Source: an uncultured Candidatus Berkelbacteria bacterium (GTDB lineage: Bacteria > Patescibacteriota > UBA1384 > CAJBMM01). Taken from it: 58,405 bases of DNA. Shown here in pieces: positions 45,843 to 56,154 of the stretch. The DNA lies in assembly GCA_903954185.1 (NCBI GenBank), contig CAJBMM010000017.1:1-58405 (forward strand). The letters are read 5' to 3'. Under the pieces are notes generated by a model, which did not search any database, had not been told where the DNA came from, and saw only the letters and a list, made by a program, of their open reading frames with translations. A program made the position numbers and the translations under genes. Position 1 is the first letter of the stretch, and each line of letters opens with the position of its first letter.

Positions 45843-47131
45843 ACAATACAGACAACAAAACGATAATTGCCGTTGTAGGTTTGGGTTATGTTGGTATGCC
45901 ACTTGCCCTTGCTTTTGATCAGGCGGGGTTAGAAACGATTGGGTTTGATGTAAATGAAAAGCGCGTAAAAGAATTGCAGTCACATAAGGATCACACGGGG
46001 GAAACGGATTTGGCCGAGTTAGAAAAATCTAAAATAAATTTTTCATCTGATCCTAAGGTATTAAAACGATCTAACTTTGTTATTGTCGCCGTTCCAACCC
46101 CTATAGATAACGCTAATCAGCCAGACTTAGCCATGCTTAGAAGTGCTAGCGCATTAGTTGGCAAAAATCTTCAAAAGGGTGCCGTGGTAGTATTCGAATC
46201 TACCGTTTACCCTGGCGCAACCGAAGAAGTCTGCGGACCAGTCATCGAAGAAGAATCTGGTTATAAAATAGGTAAAGATTTCAAAATCGGCTACTCGCCA
46301 GAGAGAATCAACCCCGGTGACAAGGAACACTCGTTGTTCAGTATAGTTAAAGTGGTTTCGGGCATGGATAAACAAAGCACTGAATACATTACCTCCATAT
46401 ACAAAAAGGTCTGTCATGCTGGCGTATACGTTGCAACAAATATTAAAACCGCTGAGGCAGCAAAAGTGATTGAGAATACGCAGCGAGATCTAAATATTGC
46501 ATTAATTAATGAGTTATCTCTAATCTTTAATCGACTTGGAATAAAAACCAATGAGGTGCTAGAGGCAGCTAAAACTAAGTGGAATTTCTTACCATTTACG
46601 CCAGGCTTAGTCGGTGGGCACTGTATTGGCGTAGACCCATATTACCTTGTATATAAATCCGAGGTAGTTGGATACCATCCTCAATTAATTACCGCTGGGC
46701 GTCGAGTTAATGATTATATGCCTCAATACCTTGCCGACATTACGCTTAAAGAATTGATAAGAACTGGCAAACCAATAAAAAACATGTCACTACTAATCTT
46801 GGGGTTAACCTTTAAAGAAGACGTACCAGATATCCGAAATTCCAAAATCAAGGATACTATCATGAAATTGCAGCAGTTCGGAATAAATATCGATGGTTAT
46901 GATCCTTATGTATCGCAACATGATATCGAGCATGAATTCGCGATAAGCGGAATAACCAAGATCAGCAAACAATATGATGCTGCAATTTTAGCCACTCCTC
47001 ATAAGATATTCGATGATCAAAAGAATATTATTCTTACTTCCTTAAAAAAACCACGAATTATAATTGATGTGAAAAGCAAGTGGAGTGATCTTGCTTCAAA
47101 ACCAATCGATATTACCTATTTTTCATTATAA
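45839..47131 (+). CDS. UDP-N-acetyl-hexosamine 6-dehydrogenase (TviB/WbpO family)
   Basis: It contains VVGLGYVGMPLA and the catalytic GGHCIGVDPYY. ATG 45839 makes an ATGA overlap with the upstream stop (the track start is 45824). Confidence 0.85.
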   Translation: MNNTDNKTIIAVVGLGYVGMPLALAFDQAGLETIGFDVNEKRVKELQSHKDHTGETDLAELEKSKINFSSDPKVLKRSNFVIVAVPTPIDNANQPDLAMLRSASALVGKNLQKGAVVVFESTVYPGATEEVCGPVIEEESGYKIGKDFKIGYSPERINPGDKEHSLFSIVKVVSGMDKQSTEYITSIYKKVCHAGVYVATNIKTAEAAKVIENTQRDLNIALINELSLIFNRLGIKTNEVLEAAKTKWNFLPFTPGLVGGHCIGVDPYYLVYKSEVVGYHPQLITAGRRVNDYMPQYLADITLKELIRTGKPIKNMSLLILGLTFKEDVPDIRNSKIKDTIMKLQQFGINIDGYDPYVSQHDIEHEFAISGITKISKQYDAAILATPHKIFDDQKNIILTSLKKPRIIIDVKSKWSDLASKPIDITYFSL

Positions 47132-47134
47132 ATT

Positions 47135-48364
47135 ATGACTAATTACAGTAACAAATTTGCAATATTATCACATATTTTGCCACCATCGTCATCGGGGCAG
47201 GCAATTATGCTCTATCGCCTCCTCAAAGAAAGATCTAAGAATGATTACATCTTAATATCACGGCAAAATTATAACAACTCCGATATTGATAACACCGGTT
47301 CAGAAACACTACCTGCCAAATATTATTTTTTATGCTCAGACGCCAAACCAATGCGTGTTTACTCCTACCCGGTAATACAGCACATTCTAAACATTGCCCT
47401 AAGCGTCATCCCTCGAGTGAAAGCAAGAGCCAATTGCATTGCGGATATTCTGAGGAAAGAGCGCCCTTACTGCCTTCTCGCCTGTACCGCCGATTTACTT
47501 GATATGCCTGCTGGGTATATTGCCTGTAAAAAAGCTGGGATACCGTTCGTCCCATATATATTCGACGATTATGTATATCAGTGGACAGGATCAAGCCGTT
47601 TATTCGCCCGCGTAGTAGCTTGGTTTGTTATGCCAAGGAGTTTTCGTATTATTGGTCCAAATACATATATTGCTAAAGAATTTAAACGGCGATACGGAAA
47701 AGATATGGATATTATCCATAACCCATGCGATATGCCAAAACTCCCTATAGATGTTATAAAAAATAGTATTAAGTTAGATAGTCGAGAAATTAATATTGTC
47801 TATACTGGAGCCGTATATAGAGCCAATAACGATAGTTTTATCAATCTGTTGAAAGCTATCGACTTAATAGATAATAAAAACATTAAATTACACATTTTTA
47901 CTGGACAATCAAAAGATGAGCTCCAGAAAATGGGCATTTCTCATAATTGTTTAGAAGTTTATGGACATGTCAACCAATCTGAAATAGCTTGGGTATTGCA
48001 ACAAGCGACAATACTATTTTTACCTTTGGCTTTCAAATCACCGGTTCAAGAAGTTATCACCACCTCAGCACCCAGTAAAATGGGTGAATATATGTCCATG
48101 GCAAAACCGATTTTTGTTAATGCTCCAAGTAATTCATTCATTTCTTGGTATTTTAAACATCACAAAGCAGCGATGGTTGTAGACGAAAACAACCCCCAAA
48201 TTATTGCGAATAAATTAAGAGAGCTAATTTCCAACCCAGGCCTTCAAAAAAAGTTAGGACAGAAAGCCAGGTCAATTGCCGAATCTGATTTTGACTTAAA
48301 AATCATTCGAAACAAATTTGACCAACTTTTAAATAGTTACCAAGCCATCATCACAAAACACTAA
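47135..48364 (+). CDS. GT-B-like glycosyltransferase (divergent)
   Basis: It contains ILSHILPPSSSGQAIMLYRL and PSKMGEYMSMAKPIFV. It is a paralogue of the next gene. Confidence 0.5.
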   Translation: MTNYSNKFAILSHILPPSSSGQAIMLYRLLKERSKNDYILISRQNYNNSDIDNTGSETLPAKYYFLCSDAKPMRVYSYPVIQHILNIALSVIPRVKARANCIADILRKERPYCLLACTADLLDMPAGYIACKKAGIPFVPYIFDDYVYQWTGSSRLFARVVAWFVMPRSFRIIGPNTYIAKEFKRRYGKDMDIIHNPCDMPKLPIDVIKNSIKLDSREINIVYTGAVYRANNDSFINLLKAIDLIDNKNIKLHIFTGQSKDELQKMGISHNCLEVYGHVNQSEIAWVLQQATILFLPLAFKSPVQEVITTSAPSKMGEYMSMAKPIFVNAPSNSFISWYFKHHKAAMVVDENNPQIIANKLRELISNPGLQKKLGQKARSIAESDFDLKIIRNKFDQLLNSYQAIITKH

Positions 48365-48386
48365 TAAATATTATACTGTTCAAACT

Positions 48387-49670
48387 ATGCAAAATAATTT
48401 ATATACAAAAAAAACCCTAATAGTAACCAGCTGGGCACCGCCAATGATAGGCGGCCCACAAAACCTATATAGTTTGTTCTCTTTAATGGATTACCGAAAT
48501 TACTGCGTTTTAACAGGCTATAAAACAATTATTAACGATGGAGAAAACCAAGGAGACTGGCTGGATGGCAAGTACTTCTTTTTTGATCACCCCGATATGC
48601 CCACCAAGAACAAAACGATAGATAAGGTCGGCACAATATCCCCAACAAATTTTATTACTGATTATGCCTATAAATTGTACAATATAACTCAAGCAATTCC
48701 AGTTTTAAATACTCTTTTATACTTTTTATTTTTTATTTTTAAAACTACCTCATTTATTAAAAAGGGGCTTGAAGTCGTTCGAAATGAAGAGATAGATATC
48801 ATCTTTGGGATGTCTGATAATGGGCCTTCAATGATTGCTTCTTATTGGATCTCAAAAATCTCTAAAAGGCCGTTGGTTTATTATCTTTTTGATATTTACA
48901 AAGGAAATAATTTACAGTTTATTGATAAAATAATGTCATACTTTTGGGAACATACTCTTATTAAAAGTGCTAAGTTAGTAATTGTAACGAATGATGGAAC
49001 GAAAGATTTTTATCAGAATCGTTATAAAAATACGCTAAATATTCACGTGATAAATAACTCTGGTGACAGCGGGGTGGACAAAATAGTTACCAAAATATAC
49101 AAACCAATACCCCCATATAAAATAATATATACTGGCCATGTCTATTGGGCACAAGAACAATCTTTAATCAATCTGATAAATGCGGTTAAGCAAATTAATG
49201 ATTTACAAATTACGCTAGAATTATATATCCCCAATGGCAATAAAAATATTGCTGACTGCGTCAAAGCAAGAGATAATATTATTCTTACTCAAGCTCCAAA
49301 GAGAAAAATGCCATCAATTCAAAAACAAGCCACTCTACTTTTTTTGCCACTCTCATGGAATACACGCTCGACCGACATAATCAAGACCGCAACCCCAGGA
49401 AAGTATACAGAGTATTTAAAGTCGGGAAGACCGATGCTAGTTCACGCTCCAACCTATGCGTACATTTCTCAATATGTTAAAAAAAATAAACTTGGTATAG
49501 TAGTAGATAAGAATGACCCGACGTTTCTAGCTAAGGTTATTAGGAATTTTATTAAGGACCCCCAAAAAGGAAGTGAGCTGATTTCTAAAGCAATGAAGGA
49601 ATTTGAACGCAACCATGATCCGAAAATCAATATTAAAAAGCTTGAACACATATTACAATTAATAAAATAA
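48387..49670 (+). CDS. GT-B-like glycosyltransferase (divergent), paralogue of 47135..48364
   Basis: LLFLPLSWNTRSTDIIKTATPGKYTEYLKSGRPMLVHAPTYAYISQY aligns with ILFLPLAFKSPVQEVITTSAPSKMGEYMSMAKPIFVNAPSNSFISWY. Confidence 0.5.
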   Translation: MQNNLYTKKTLIVTSWAPPMIGGPQNLYSLFSLMDYRNYCVLTGYKTIINDGENQGDWLDGKYFFFDHPDMPTKNKTIDKVGTISPTNFITDYAYKLYNITQAIPVLNTLLYFLFFIFKTTSFIKKGLEVVRNEEIDIIFGMSDNGPSMIASYWISKISKRPLVYYLFDIYKGNNLQFIDKIMSYFWEHTLIKSAKLVIVTNDGTKDFYQNRYKNTLNIHVINNSGDSGVDKIVTKIYKPIPPYKIIYTGHVYWAQEQSLINLINAVKQINDLQITLELYIPNGNKNIADCVKARDNIILTQAPKRKMPSIQKQATLLFLPLSWNTRSTDIIKTATPGKYTEYLKSGRPMLVHAPTYAYISQYVKKNKLGIVVDKNDPTFLAKVIRNFIKDPQKGSELISKAMKEFERNHDPKINIKKLEHILQLIK

Positions 49671-49713
49671 TTCATTCTTCAGGCCGAAAAGCAAAAACCA
49701 AAATTGGAAAAAC

Positions 49714-50898
49714 ATGAAAATACTTGTTATCGCTATGTCTAATAGTATTCATACCGCCAGATGGTTATCTCAAATAGTTGATCAAGGTTGGGATATTCAC
49801 CTTTTCCCAAGCTACGATGTCGGATCAGTACGTCCCGAGCTAACGAACGTGACAGTGTATCACAGTTTTATAGGCCGCCTCACTCACGCCCATCCTAGCG
49901 TTAAACAAAAAGGGATATATGTTTGGTCGGAATTTGTAGCTTTATTTTTTCGGGAAATAACACGCAGAATTTATCCTCATTATCGAGTTATTAAACTAGC
50001 AAGACTAATTAAAAAACTAAAACCTGACATTGTTCATACATTAGAAATGCAAGGTGCCGGATACTTAACCATGGAAGCAAAGAAGTTGTTAAAAGGTAAC
50101 TTACCACCATGGATTGTTACAACATGGGGCAGCGATATTTATTACTTCGGTCAATTTAAAGACCATGCAAAAAAGATAAGGTCACTATTAAAACAGTGTG
50201 ATTATTATCACTGTGAATGCGAGCGGGATATTAAGTTGGCTCACAAGTTTGGTTTAAAAGGGATATCATTGCCGGTCCTACCCGATAGTGGTGGATTTTA
50301 CTTAGACAAATTGGCTAAAGTACAACAAAACATCAAACCATCCAACAGGAAATACATAATCGTTAAAGGATATCACGGTTGGGCAGGAAGGGCACTGGTG
50401 GCACTAAAAGCACTAGAACTTTGCGTCGAAGAGTTAAGGAACTTCCATATATTTATATATTCATCTGACATTGTCGTGCGCATTGCCGCCAACAAATTTA
50501 AATCACAATATAAAATACCCATTACTATTATTCCCGCGGGCACCGAGCATGATAAGATGTTAAAGTTTTTTGGCCAATCAAGGATAGCTATCGGACTAAG
50601 CATTAGCGATGGAATAAGTACGATGGTTCTAGAAGCAATGGCTATGGGAACATTTCCTATACAATCAAATACGTCTTGTGCTAATGAATGGATAAAAGAC
50701 GGTCAAACTGGTATATTAGTACCGCCAGAGGACATAAAGAAAATTAGTAAGGCGATCAAACATGCCCTATCTGACGATCCGCTGGTAGATAATGCCGCAA
50801 TACTTAATGCAAAAGTTGTTAAAAGCAGGCTTGATCAGAACAAACTAAGTAAAGAAGTAGTAGCAATCTATGATAAAATTTATAAGGAAAGTAAATAA
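49714..50898 (+). CDS. GT4-family glycosyltransferase
   Basis: It contains SISDGISTMVLEAMAMGTFPIQSN. Confidence 0.65.
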   Translation: MKILVIAMSNSIHTARWLSQIVDQGWDIHLFPSYDVGSVRPELTNVTVYHSFIGRLTHAHPSVKQKGIYVWSEFVALFFREITRRIYPHYRVIKLARLIKKLKPDIVHTLEMQGAGYLTMEAKKLLKGNLPPWIVTTWGSDIYYFGQFKDHAKKIRSLLKQCDYYHCECERDIKLAHKFGLKGISLPVLPDSGGFYLDKLAKVQQNIKPSNRKYIIVKGYHGWAGRALVALKALELCVEELRNFHIFIYSSDIVVRIAANKFKSQYKIPITIIPAGTEHDKMLKFFGQSRIAIGLSISDGISTMVLEAMAMGTFPIQSNTSCANEWIKDGQTGILVPPEDIKKISKAIKHALSDDPLVDNAAILNAKVVKSRLDQNKLSKEVVAIYDKIYKESK

Positions 50899-50899
50899 A

Positions 50900-51796
50900 A
50901 TGAGAAAAAAAAACGTTTTAATTATTGGAGCAACTGGGCTAATTGGTCACAAACTACTAGATTATTTTGGCAATTCAAACAAATACCAAGTTAGGGGCAC
51001 AACTCGCCAATACGACCCAGCGAAAACTTTTTTACCAGATAATTTGCAAAGACTACTGATTAACAATATTGATATTAATAATTTTGACTCGATAATATAT
51101 GCTTTTGCAGAAGCGAAACCCGATATTGTACTTAACTGCGCTGGTATTACTAAACAACTAATTGATAGTAACGGTCCAATGCAGGCAATAGCGGTCAATT
51201 CTCTTTTTCCCCATAAGTTGGCTTCATTAGCAACAATTAATAATGCTCGCGTAATACACTTTACGACAGATTGCGTTTTTAACGGAGATAGAGGAAACTA
51301 CACAGAGCAAAACCCATCGGACGCAGAGGATATGTACGGTAAGTCCAAGAATCTTGGTGAGTTATGCTATCCTAACTGCCTAACCCTTCGTACTTCATTT
51401 ATTGGCCACGAATTAGGCACCAGTCACGGACTAATTGAATGGTTCATGGCCCAAAAAGAATCAGCAAAAGGATACTCTAAGGCTATATATTCCGGTGTAC
51501 CAACCATTGAACTTGCACATATTTTAGATAAATATGTTATCGAGAACGATAAACTAAGCGGATTATACCATCTTTCAGCCCTGCCGATTTCAAAACTAGA
51601 CCTAATTACCCTTGTTGCTAAAGAATATGACAAGAAGATAAATATCATAGCAGACGATAAGGTAATAATTGACCGATCATTAAATTCAGATCGATTTCAA
51701 CAAATGACTGGCTATACGCCGAAATCTTGGAGCGAGCTGGTTAATGCAATGTTTGAAGATTATCAAAGATGCAATTATTATGGTAAATATAATTAA
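50900..51796 (+). CDS. RmlD-type NAD(P)-dependent sugar-nucleotide reductase (WbvR/FnlB-role candidate)
   Basis: It contains VLIIGATGLIGHKL and the MYGKSK (YxxxK) motif. ATG 50900 is preceded by AAGGAAAG. Confidence 0.65.
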   Translation: MRKKNVLIIGATGLIGHKLLDYFGNSNKYQVRGTTRQYDPAKTFLPDNLQRLLINNIDINNFDSIIYAFAEAKPDIVLNCAGITKQLIDSNGPMQAIAVNSLFPHKLASLATINNARVIHFTTDCVFNGDRGNYTEQNPSDAEDMYGKSKNLGELCYPNCLTLRTSFIGHELGTSHGLIEWFMAQKESAKGYSKAIYSGVPTIELAHILDKYVIENDKLSGLYHLSALPISKLDLITLVAKEYDKKINIIADDKVIIDRSLNSDRFQQMTGYTPKSWSELVNAMFEDYQRCNYYGKYN

Positions 51797-51813
51797 TCAA
51801 CAAAGGATCAATT

Positions 51814-52941
51814 ATGTCTTTAAAAGTTATGACGGTAGTAGGAACAAGGCCTGAGATAATTAAATTATCGAGAGTAATGGCCGAACTTGAACAAAATTTC
51901 GAGCATATATTAGTTCATACAGGTCAAAATTATGATTATGAGCTAAACGAAATATTTTTTAAACAATTAGGGGTTAAGAAGCCAGACTACTTCTTAGATG
52001 CTGTCGGTGATACCGTCGCTGAAACAATCGGAAATGTCATTGCTAAATCCGACAAAATTATGGATAAAGTTGCCCCAGACGCAGTATTGCTCTACGGAGA
52101 CACTAACAGTTGTTTAGCTATTATTTCTGCCAAAAGACGCAAAATACCAGTATTCCACATGGAAGCAGGAAACCGCTGTTTTGATCAACGCGTTCCGGAG
52201 GATATTAATCGTAAAATTGTTGATCATTTAAGCGACATTAATATGCCCCTAACTGAACACGCCAGAAGATATCTTATAGCTGAGGGGTTGAAGCCAGAAA
52301 CAATCATTAAAACTGGGTCAGCAATGCAAGAGGTTTTAAATTATTATCACCCATTAATCGAAAAATCAAATGTGTTGGATGACCTCAAACTAGAGGAAGG
52401 GCAATTCTTTGTAGTGAGCGCACATCGTGAAGAGAATATCGACAGTGAAGAAAATTTTAATAACTTACTTAAATCACTCAATAAATTAGCTAAAGTTTTT
52501 AAGAAACCCATCATCGTATCAACTCACCCTAGAACCCGAAAAAAATTAGAATCCACCGAGCATGTTAAAGCAGATTCGTTAATTCAATTTTTAAAACCAC
52601 TTGGATTTTTTGAATATATCAAGTTACAACTTAGTGCCGAATGTGTCATATCTGATAGTGGAACAATCACAGAAGAATCATCAATATTGGGATTTCCGGC
52701 TGTTATGATTAGACAGGCGCATGAAAGGCCAGAAGGAATGGATGTTGGTACAGTGATAATGTCTGGATTGGATCCTGAACGAGTTATTGACTCAGTCAAT
52801 ATGGCAGTATTACATTATAAAAATAATAAAAGACCTTTTCAAATAGTCCCAGACTATAATGTCGACAACGTTTCAAAAAAGGTAGCAAGAATAATTTTAA
52901 GTTATACTGACTTTATAAATCGCACAGTTTGGCATAAATAA
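51814..52941 (+). CDS. Non-hydrolysing UDP-N-acetylglucosamine 2-epimerase family (FnlC/WbvD/WecB-like)
   Basis: It contains VVGTRPEIIKLS, HTGQNYD and YGDTNS. Confidence 0.85.
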   Translation: MSLKVMTVVGTRPEIIKLSRVMAELEQNFEHILVHTGQNYDYELNEIFFKQLGVKKPDYFLDAVGDTVAETIGNVIAKSDKIMDKVAPDAVLLYGDTNSCLAIISAKRRKIPVFHMEAGNRCFDQRVPEDINRKIVDHLSDINMPLTEHARRYLIAEGLKPETIIKTGSAMQEVLNYYHPLIEKSNVLDDLKLEEGQFFVVSAHREENIDSEENFNNLLKSLNKLAKVFKKPIIVSTHPRTRKKLESTEHVKADSLIQFLKPLGFFEYIKLQLSAECVISDSGTITEESSILGFPAVMIRQAHERPEGMDVGTVIMSGLDPERVIDSVNMAVLHYKNNKRPFQIVPDYNVDNVSKKVARIILSYTDFINRTVWHK

Positions 52942-52953
52942 TAAGGAAATAAT

Positions 52954-54018
52954 ATGAAAATACTTGATAATAAGACAATTTTAATCACTGGTGGAACTGG
53001 TTCGTTAGGTAAGGTGTTGACTAAGCGATTGCTATCTGGCAAAGAAGGTACCCCAAAAAAGATAATCATACTCTCTCGCGACGAGGCCAAACAACATTAT
53101 ATGCGTCTTGAATATGAAAATAAACATGCTGCAACCGAAGAAGTAATCTACAATAACTTTAAGCGTTTACTAGAATTTAGGATTGGTGATGTTCGCGACT
53201 ATCATACGATTTGTTCTGCTCTTACTAATACAGATATTGTAATTAACGCAGCCGCCCTAAAACAAGTACCTTCATGTGAATACTTCCCTTTTGAGGCAGT
53301 TCGGACCAATATCAATGGACCAGAAAACATCATTAGAGCGATTAGGGAAAACCAGTATCCAGTTAAAACCGTCTTGGGAGTATCTACAGATAAGGCATGC
53401 AAACCAGTCTGCGTTATGGGCATGACTAAGGCGCTTCAAGAAAGAATATTCATCAGTGGCAATATATCTGTGCCTAATACAAGATTTATTTGTGTTAGAT
53501 ATGGAAACGTATTAGCCTCAAGAGGTTCTGTCATTCCCCTATTCCATGAACAAATTAAAAACGGCGGCCCTGTTACCGTGACCACAAAAGAAATGACTCG
53601 CTTTCTATTACCGCTAGAAAAGGCTGTGGACACCATCATCGCTGCGCTAAAATCCGCGAAGCGTGGCGAAACATACGTTCCGAGAGTTAAATCTATAAAT
53701 ATGACCGATTTGGCAAAAGCGTTAATTGAAGACAGACAAATTAAAATTAAATATACTGGTATAAGACCAGGTGAAAAGTATCACGAAATTATGGTTTCAA
53801 TAGAAGAAGCCTGGCGCACATATGACCGTGGTAATTATTACGCAATACAACCAATGTTGCCAGAACTTATCGAGGACGAAAATATCGTTCGCCCGCTAAA
53901 AGACGAATACAGCTCAGAACATTCAATCATGACCACTAAAGAGCTTGATAAGGTACTTACAGATTACAATCTTAAGGTTGGACAAAATTTGGCCGAAGAA
54001 GGCGAATTTCTCAGATAA
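52954..54018 (+). CDS. UDP-GlcNAc 4,6-dehydratase/5-epimerase (FnlA/CapE/WbvB-like)
   Basis: It contains ILITGGTGSLGK. VMGMTK has Met in place of the SDR Tyr, which is characteristic of CapE/FnlA. Confidence 0.8.
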   Translation: MKILDNKTILITGGTGSLGKVLTKRLLSGKEGTPKKIIILSRDEAKQHYMRLEYENKHAATEEVIYNNFKRLLEFRIGDVRDYHTICSALTNTDIVINAAALKQVPSCEYFPFEAVRTNINGPENIIRAIRENQYPVKTVLGVSTDKACKPVCVMGMTKALQERIFISGNISVPNTRFICVRYGNVLASRGSVIPLFHEQIKNGGPVTVTTKEMTRFLLPLEKAVDTIIAALKSAKRGETYVPRVKSINMTDLAKALIEDRQIKIKYTGIRPGEKYHEIMVSIEEAWRTYDRGNYYAIQPMLPELIEDENIVRPLKDEYSSEHSIMTTKELDKVLTDYNLKVGQNLAEEGEFLR

Positions 54019-54059
54019 TATTATGGCGTTTTTAAAACCATGAGGCAGATAAATTAGAT

Positions 54060-55190
54060 ATGCATAAGAATATTCCTAAAATTGTTTTAATACGCGCGAA
54101 TAGTATTCGATCCGATACAAGAACCCTAAAAATGTATCAGACATTAAATAAATTTAGCGAGTGCACTCCAATACTTTGGAACCGAGATAATATAAGAGAA
54201 ACCGAGCCAAAAGCGATTAGATGGTATTTTAATGTACCGCTTGGTTCTAAAAAGTTTTTGTTATTTTTTCCGCTTTGGACAATTGTTTGTGTTTGGCAAC
54301 TGTTTAAATTAAAGCCAGATGCAATTCACGGATGCGATTTGGATGGTGTTATACCTGCTTATATTTATTCTGTTTTCCGCAAAACCCCATTTGTTTTTGA
54401 TATTCATGATGTCACCGAAGGGAAATATGCACTCAATCCGAAATCTTCACTCAGACGATTATTCCTTTGGGCTGATAGAGTTATGATTATCAAAGCCAAT
54501 GCAGTTTTTATGCCAGATCCTGAACGCATGGACCAACTTGAGTTAAAAAAGGATCTTCGCGATAAACTTACTAACAAATGCTTTGTAGTCTACAATTCTG
54601 ACATTATTACAGCTGGAACCAAGAATATTACCTTTTCTAGTAAAAAACAGCTTGTAGCCTCTTATGTGGGCAACCTGACACGAAATATACGCGGGGTAGA
54701 GTTTATTTTAGACGCAATACCAAAATTTCCTAACATATTTTTCCAGATCGCTGGAATGGGAGCTGATTATCAATATTTCGCAGAGAGATTTAATAAATTA
54801 AAAACTTCTAACTTTAAGTTTTGGGGGCGAGTAAGTCACGAAAAGGCTATGGAAATAAATATAAAGTCAGATTTCATGATATCGCTATTGAATCCTAATT
54901 TTCATAATTACAAATTCGCATCATCAACAAAGTTATTCGAGGCTTTCAGATTATTTAAGCCCATAATTGTATCTGATGAAACGGCCACTTCGAATATATT
55001 AAATTCTACCGAGTGGGGTTCGGCTATAAAGTATCACGAGGGTGAATTAGAAAAAGTTTTATCTCAGATTTCAACCGGTAAAATATCGTATTGCTTAGAT
55101 TCAAAAAGAACGTCTAAATACTCGTGGCAACAAATGGAAAAGATAATCAGCAATACTTATTCTAAGCTGCTAAATCTCCCGATTCAATAA
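54060..55190 (+). CDS. GT-B-like glycosyltransferase
   Basis: It contains YVGNLTRNIRGVEFILDA and SSTKLFEAFRLFKPIIVSD. Confidence 0.5.
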   Translation: MHKNIPKIVLIRANSIRSDTRTLKMYQTLNKFSECTPILWNRDNIRETEPKAIRWYFNVPLGSKKFLLFFPLWTIVCVWQLFKLKPDAIHGCDLDGVIPAYIYSVFRKTPFVFDIHDVTEGKYALNPKSSLRRLFLWADRVMIIKANAVFMPDPERMDQLELKKDLRDKLTNKCFVVYNSDIITAGTKNITFSSKKQLVASYVGNLTRNIRGVEFILDAIPKFPNIFFQIAGMGADYQYFAERFNKLKTSNFKFWGRVSHEKAMEINIKSDFMISLLNPNFHNYKFASSTKLFEAFRLFKPIIVSDETATSNILNSTEWGSAIKYHEGELEKVLSQISTGKISYCLDSKRTSKYSWQQMEKIISNTYSKLLNLPIQ

Positions 55191-56127
55191 TGCTTTTAAT
55201 AGATAGGTCTATTGTTGTACTAGGTGACCAATTTACTAAATTTTTAATCTTTTTAAGATCTGGTTTACGTATTTGCATATCTTCAAAGTGTTCCCCATAA
55301 ACTTTCTCTGGATCGATGTGAGTAACTTTAGATTTGCTCTCGGTTAATTTAATTACCATATCTGCTAATTCGTTAATACTAATCTCGCGATCACATCCCA
55401 CATTTATAACCTCTCCTACTGCTTTGTCGCAATTTATTAGACGCACCAATGCCTCAACTACATCGTCAATGTAACTAAAACATCTAGACTGATTGCCATC
55501 TCCATATATCTCAATATCTTGCCCCCGAAGCGCCTTGGAAATAAACCTTGGGACAACCATTCCGTACTCACTTCGTTGTTTTGGCCCAATAACATTAAAA
55601 AAACGCGTAATCACAACAGGTAAACTTTCTTCATGATAATATGCAAGAGCAATAAACTCATCAAGTGCCTTAGACTCAGCATAGCTCCATCTTGTCTTCT
55701 GGGTAGGGCCCATGATTCTATCATCACTCTCTGAAAATGGTACTTTTGAATTTTTGCCGTAGACTTCTGAAGTTGACGCGATAATAGTTTTGATTTTATT
55801 TTTATTAGCAATCTTTAATACATTTTCTGTTCCAGTTAGATTATTAATGATTGATTTCAAGGGCTCGTCCATGATTAATTTAACCCCAACCGATGCTGCC
55901 AAATGAATAACCAAATCTTTATCTTTCATAACCTGAATCACAGTAGGCTCATCTAAAATAGTCCCCTCGACAAAAGTGAAGTTCTCTGTACCGATCAGAT
56001 CAGCAATATTAGATTTTAAGCCAGTTGACAAGTTATCAAAAACCGTCACCCTATGCCCTTCATCGACTAATCTGTGTGATAAGTGGCTGCCGATAAAACC
56101 TGCTCCCCCAGTAATCAATATTTTCAT
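55162..56127 (-). CDS. NAD-dependent epimerase/dehydratase (UDP-glucuronate decarboxylase-like)
   Basis: It contains ILITGGAGFIGSHL and the SYAESK (YxxxK) motif. The protein is 321 aa. Its 3' end overlaps the convergent gene by 29 nt. Confidence 0.75.
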   Translation of the reverse strand: MKILITGGAGFIGSHLSHRLVDEGHRVTVFDNLSTGLKSNIADLIGTENFTFVEGTILDEPTVIQVMKDKDLVIHLAASVGVKLIMDEPLKSIINNLTGTENVLKIANKNKIKTIIASTSEVYGKNSKVPFSESDDRIMGPTQKTRWSYAESKALDEFIALAYYHEESLPVVITRFFNVIGPKQRSEYGMVVPRFISKALRGQDIEIYGDGNQSRCFSYIDDVVEALVRLINCDKAVGEVINVGCDREISINELADMVIKLTESKSKVTHIDPEKVYGEHFEDMQIRKPDLKKIKNLVNWSPSTTIDLSIKSIIESGDLAA

Positions 56128-56154
56128 ATGCTAAACTCCAATTAAGTTATTTTC

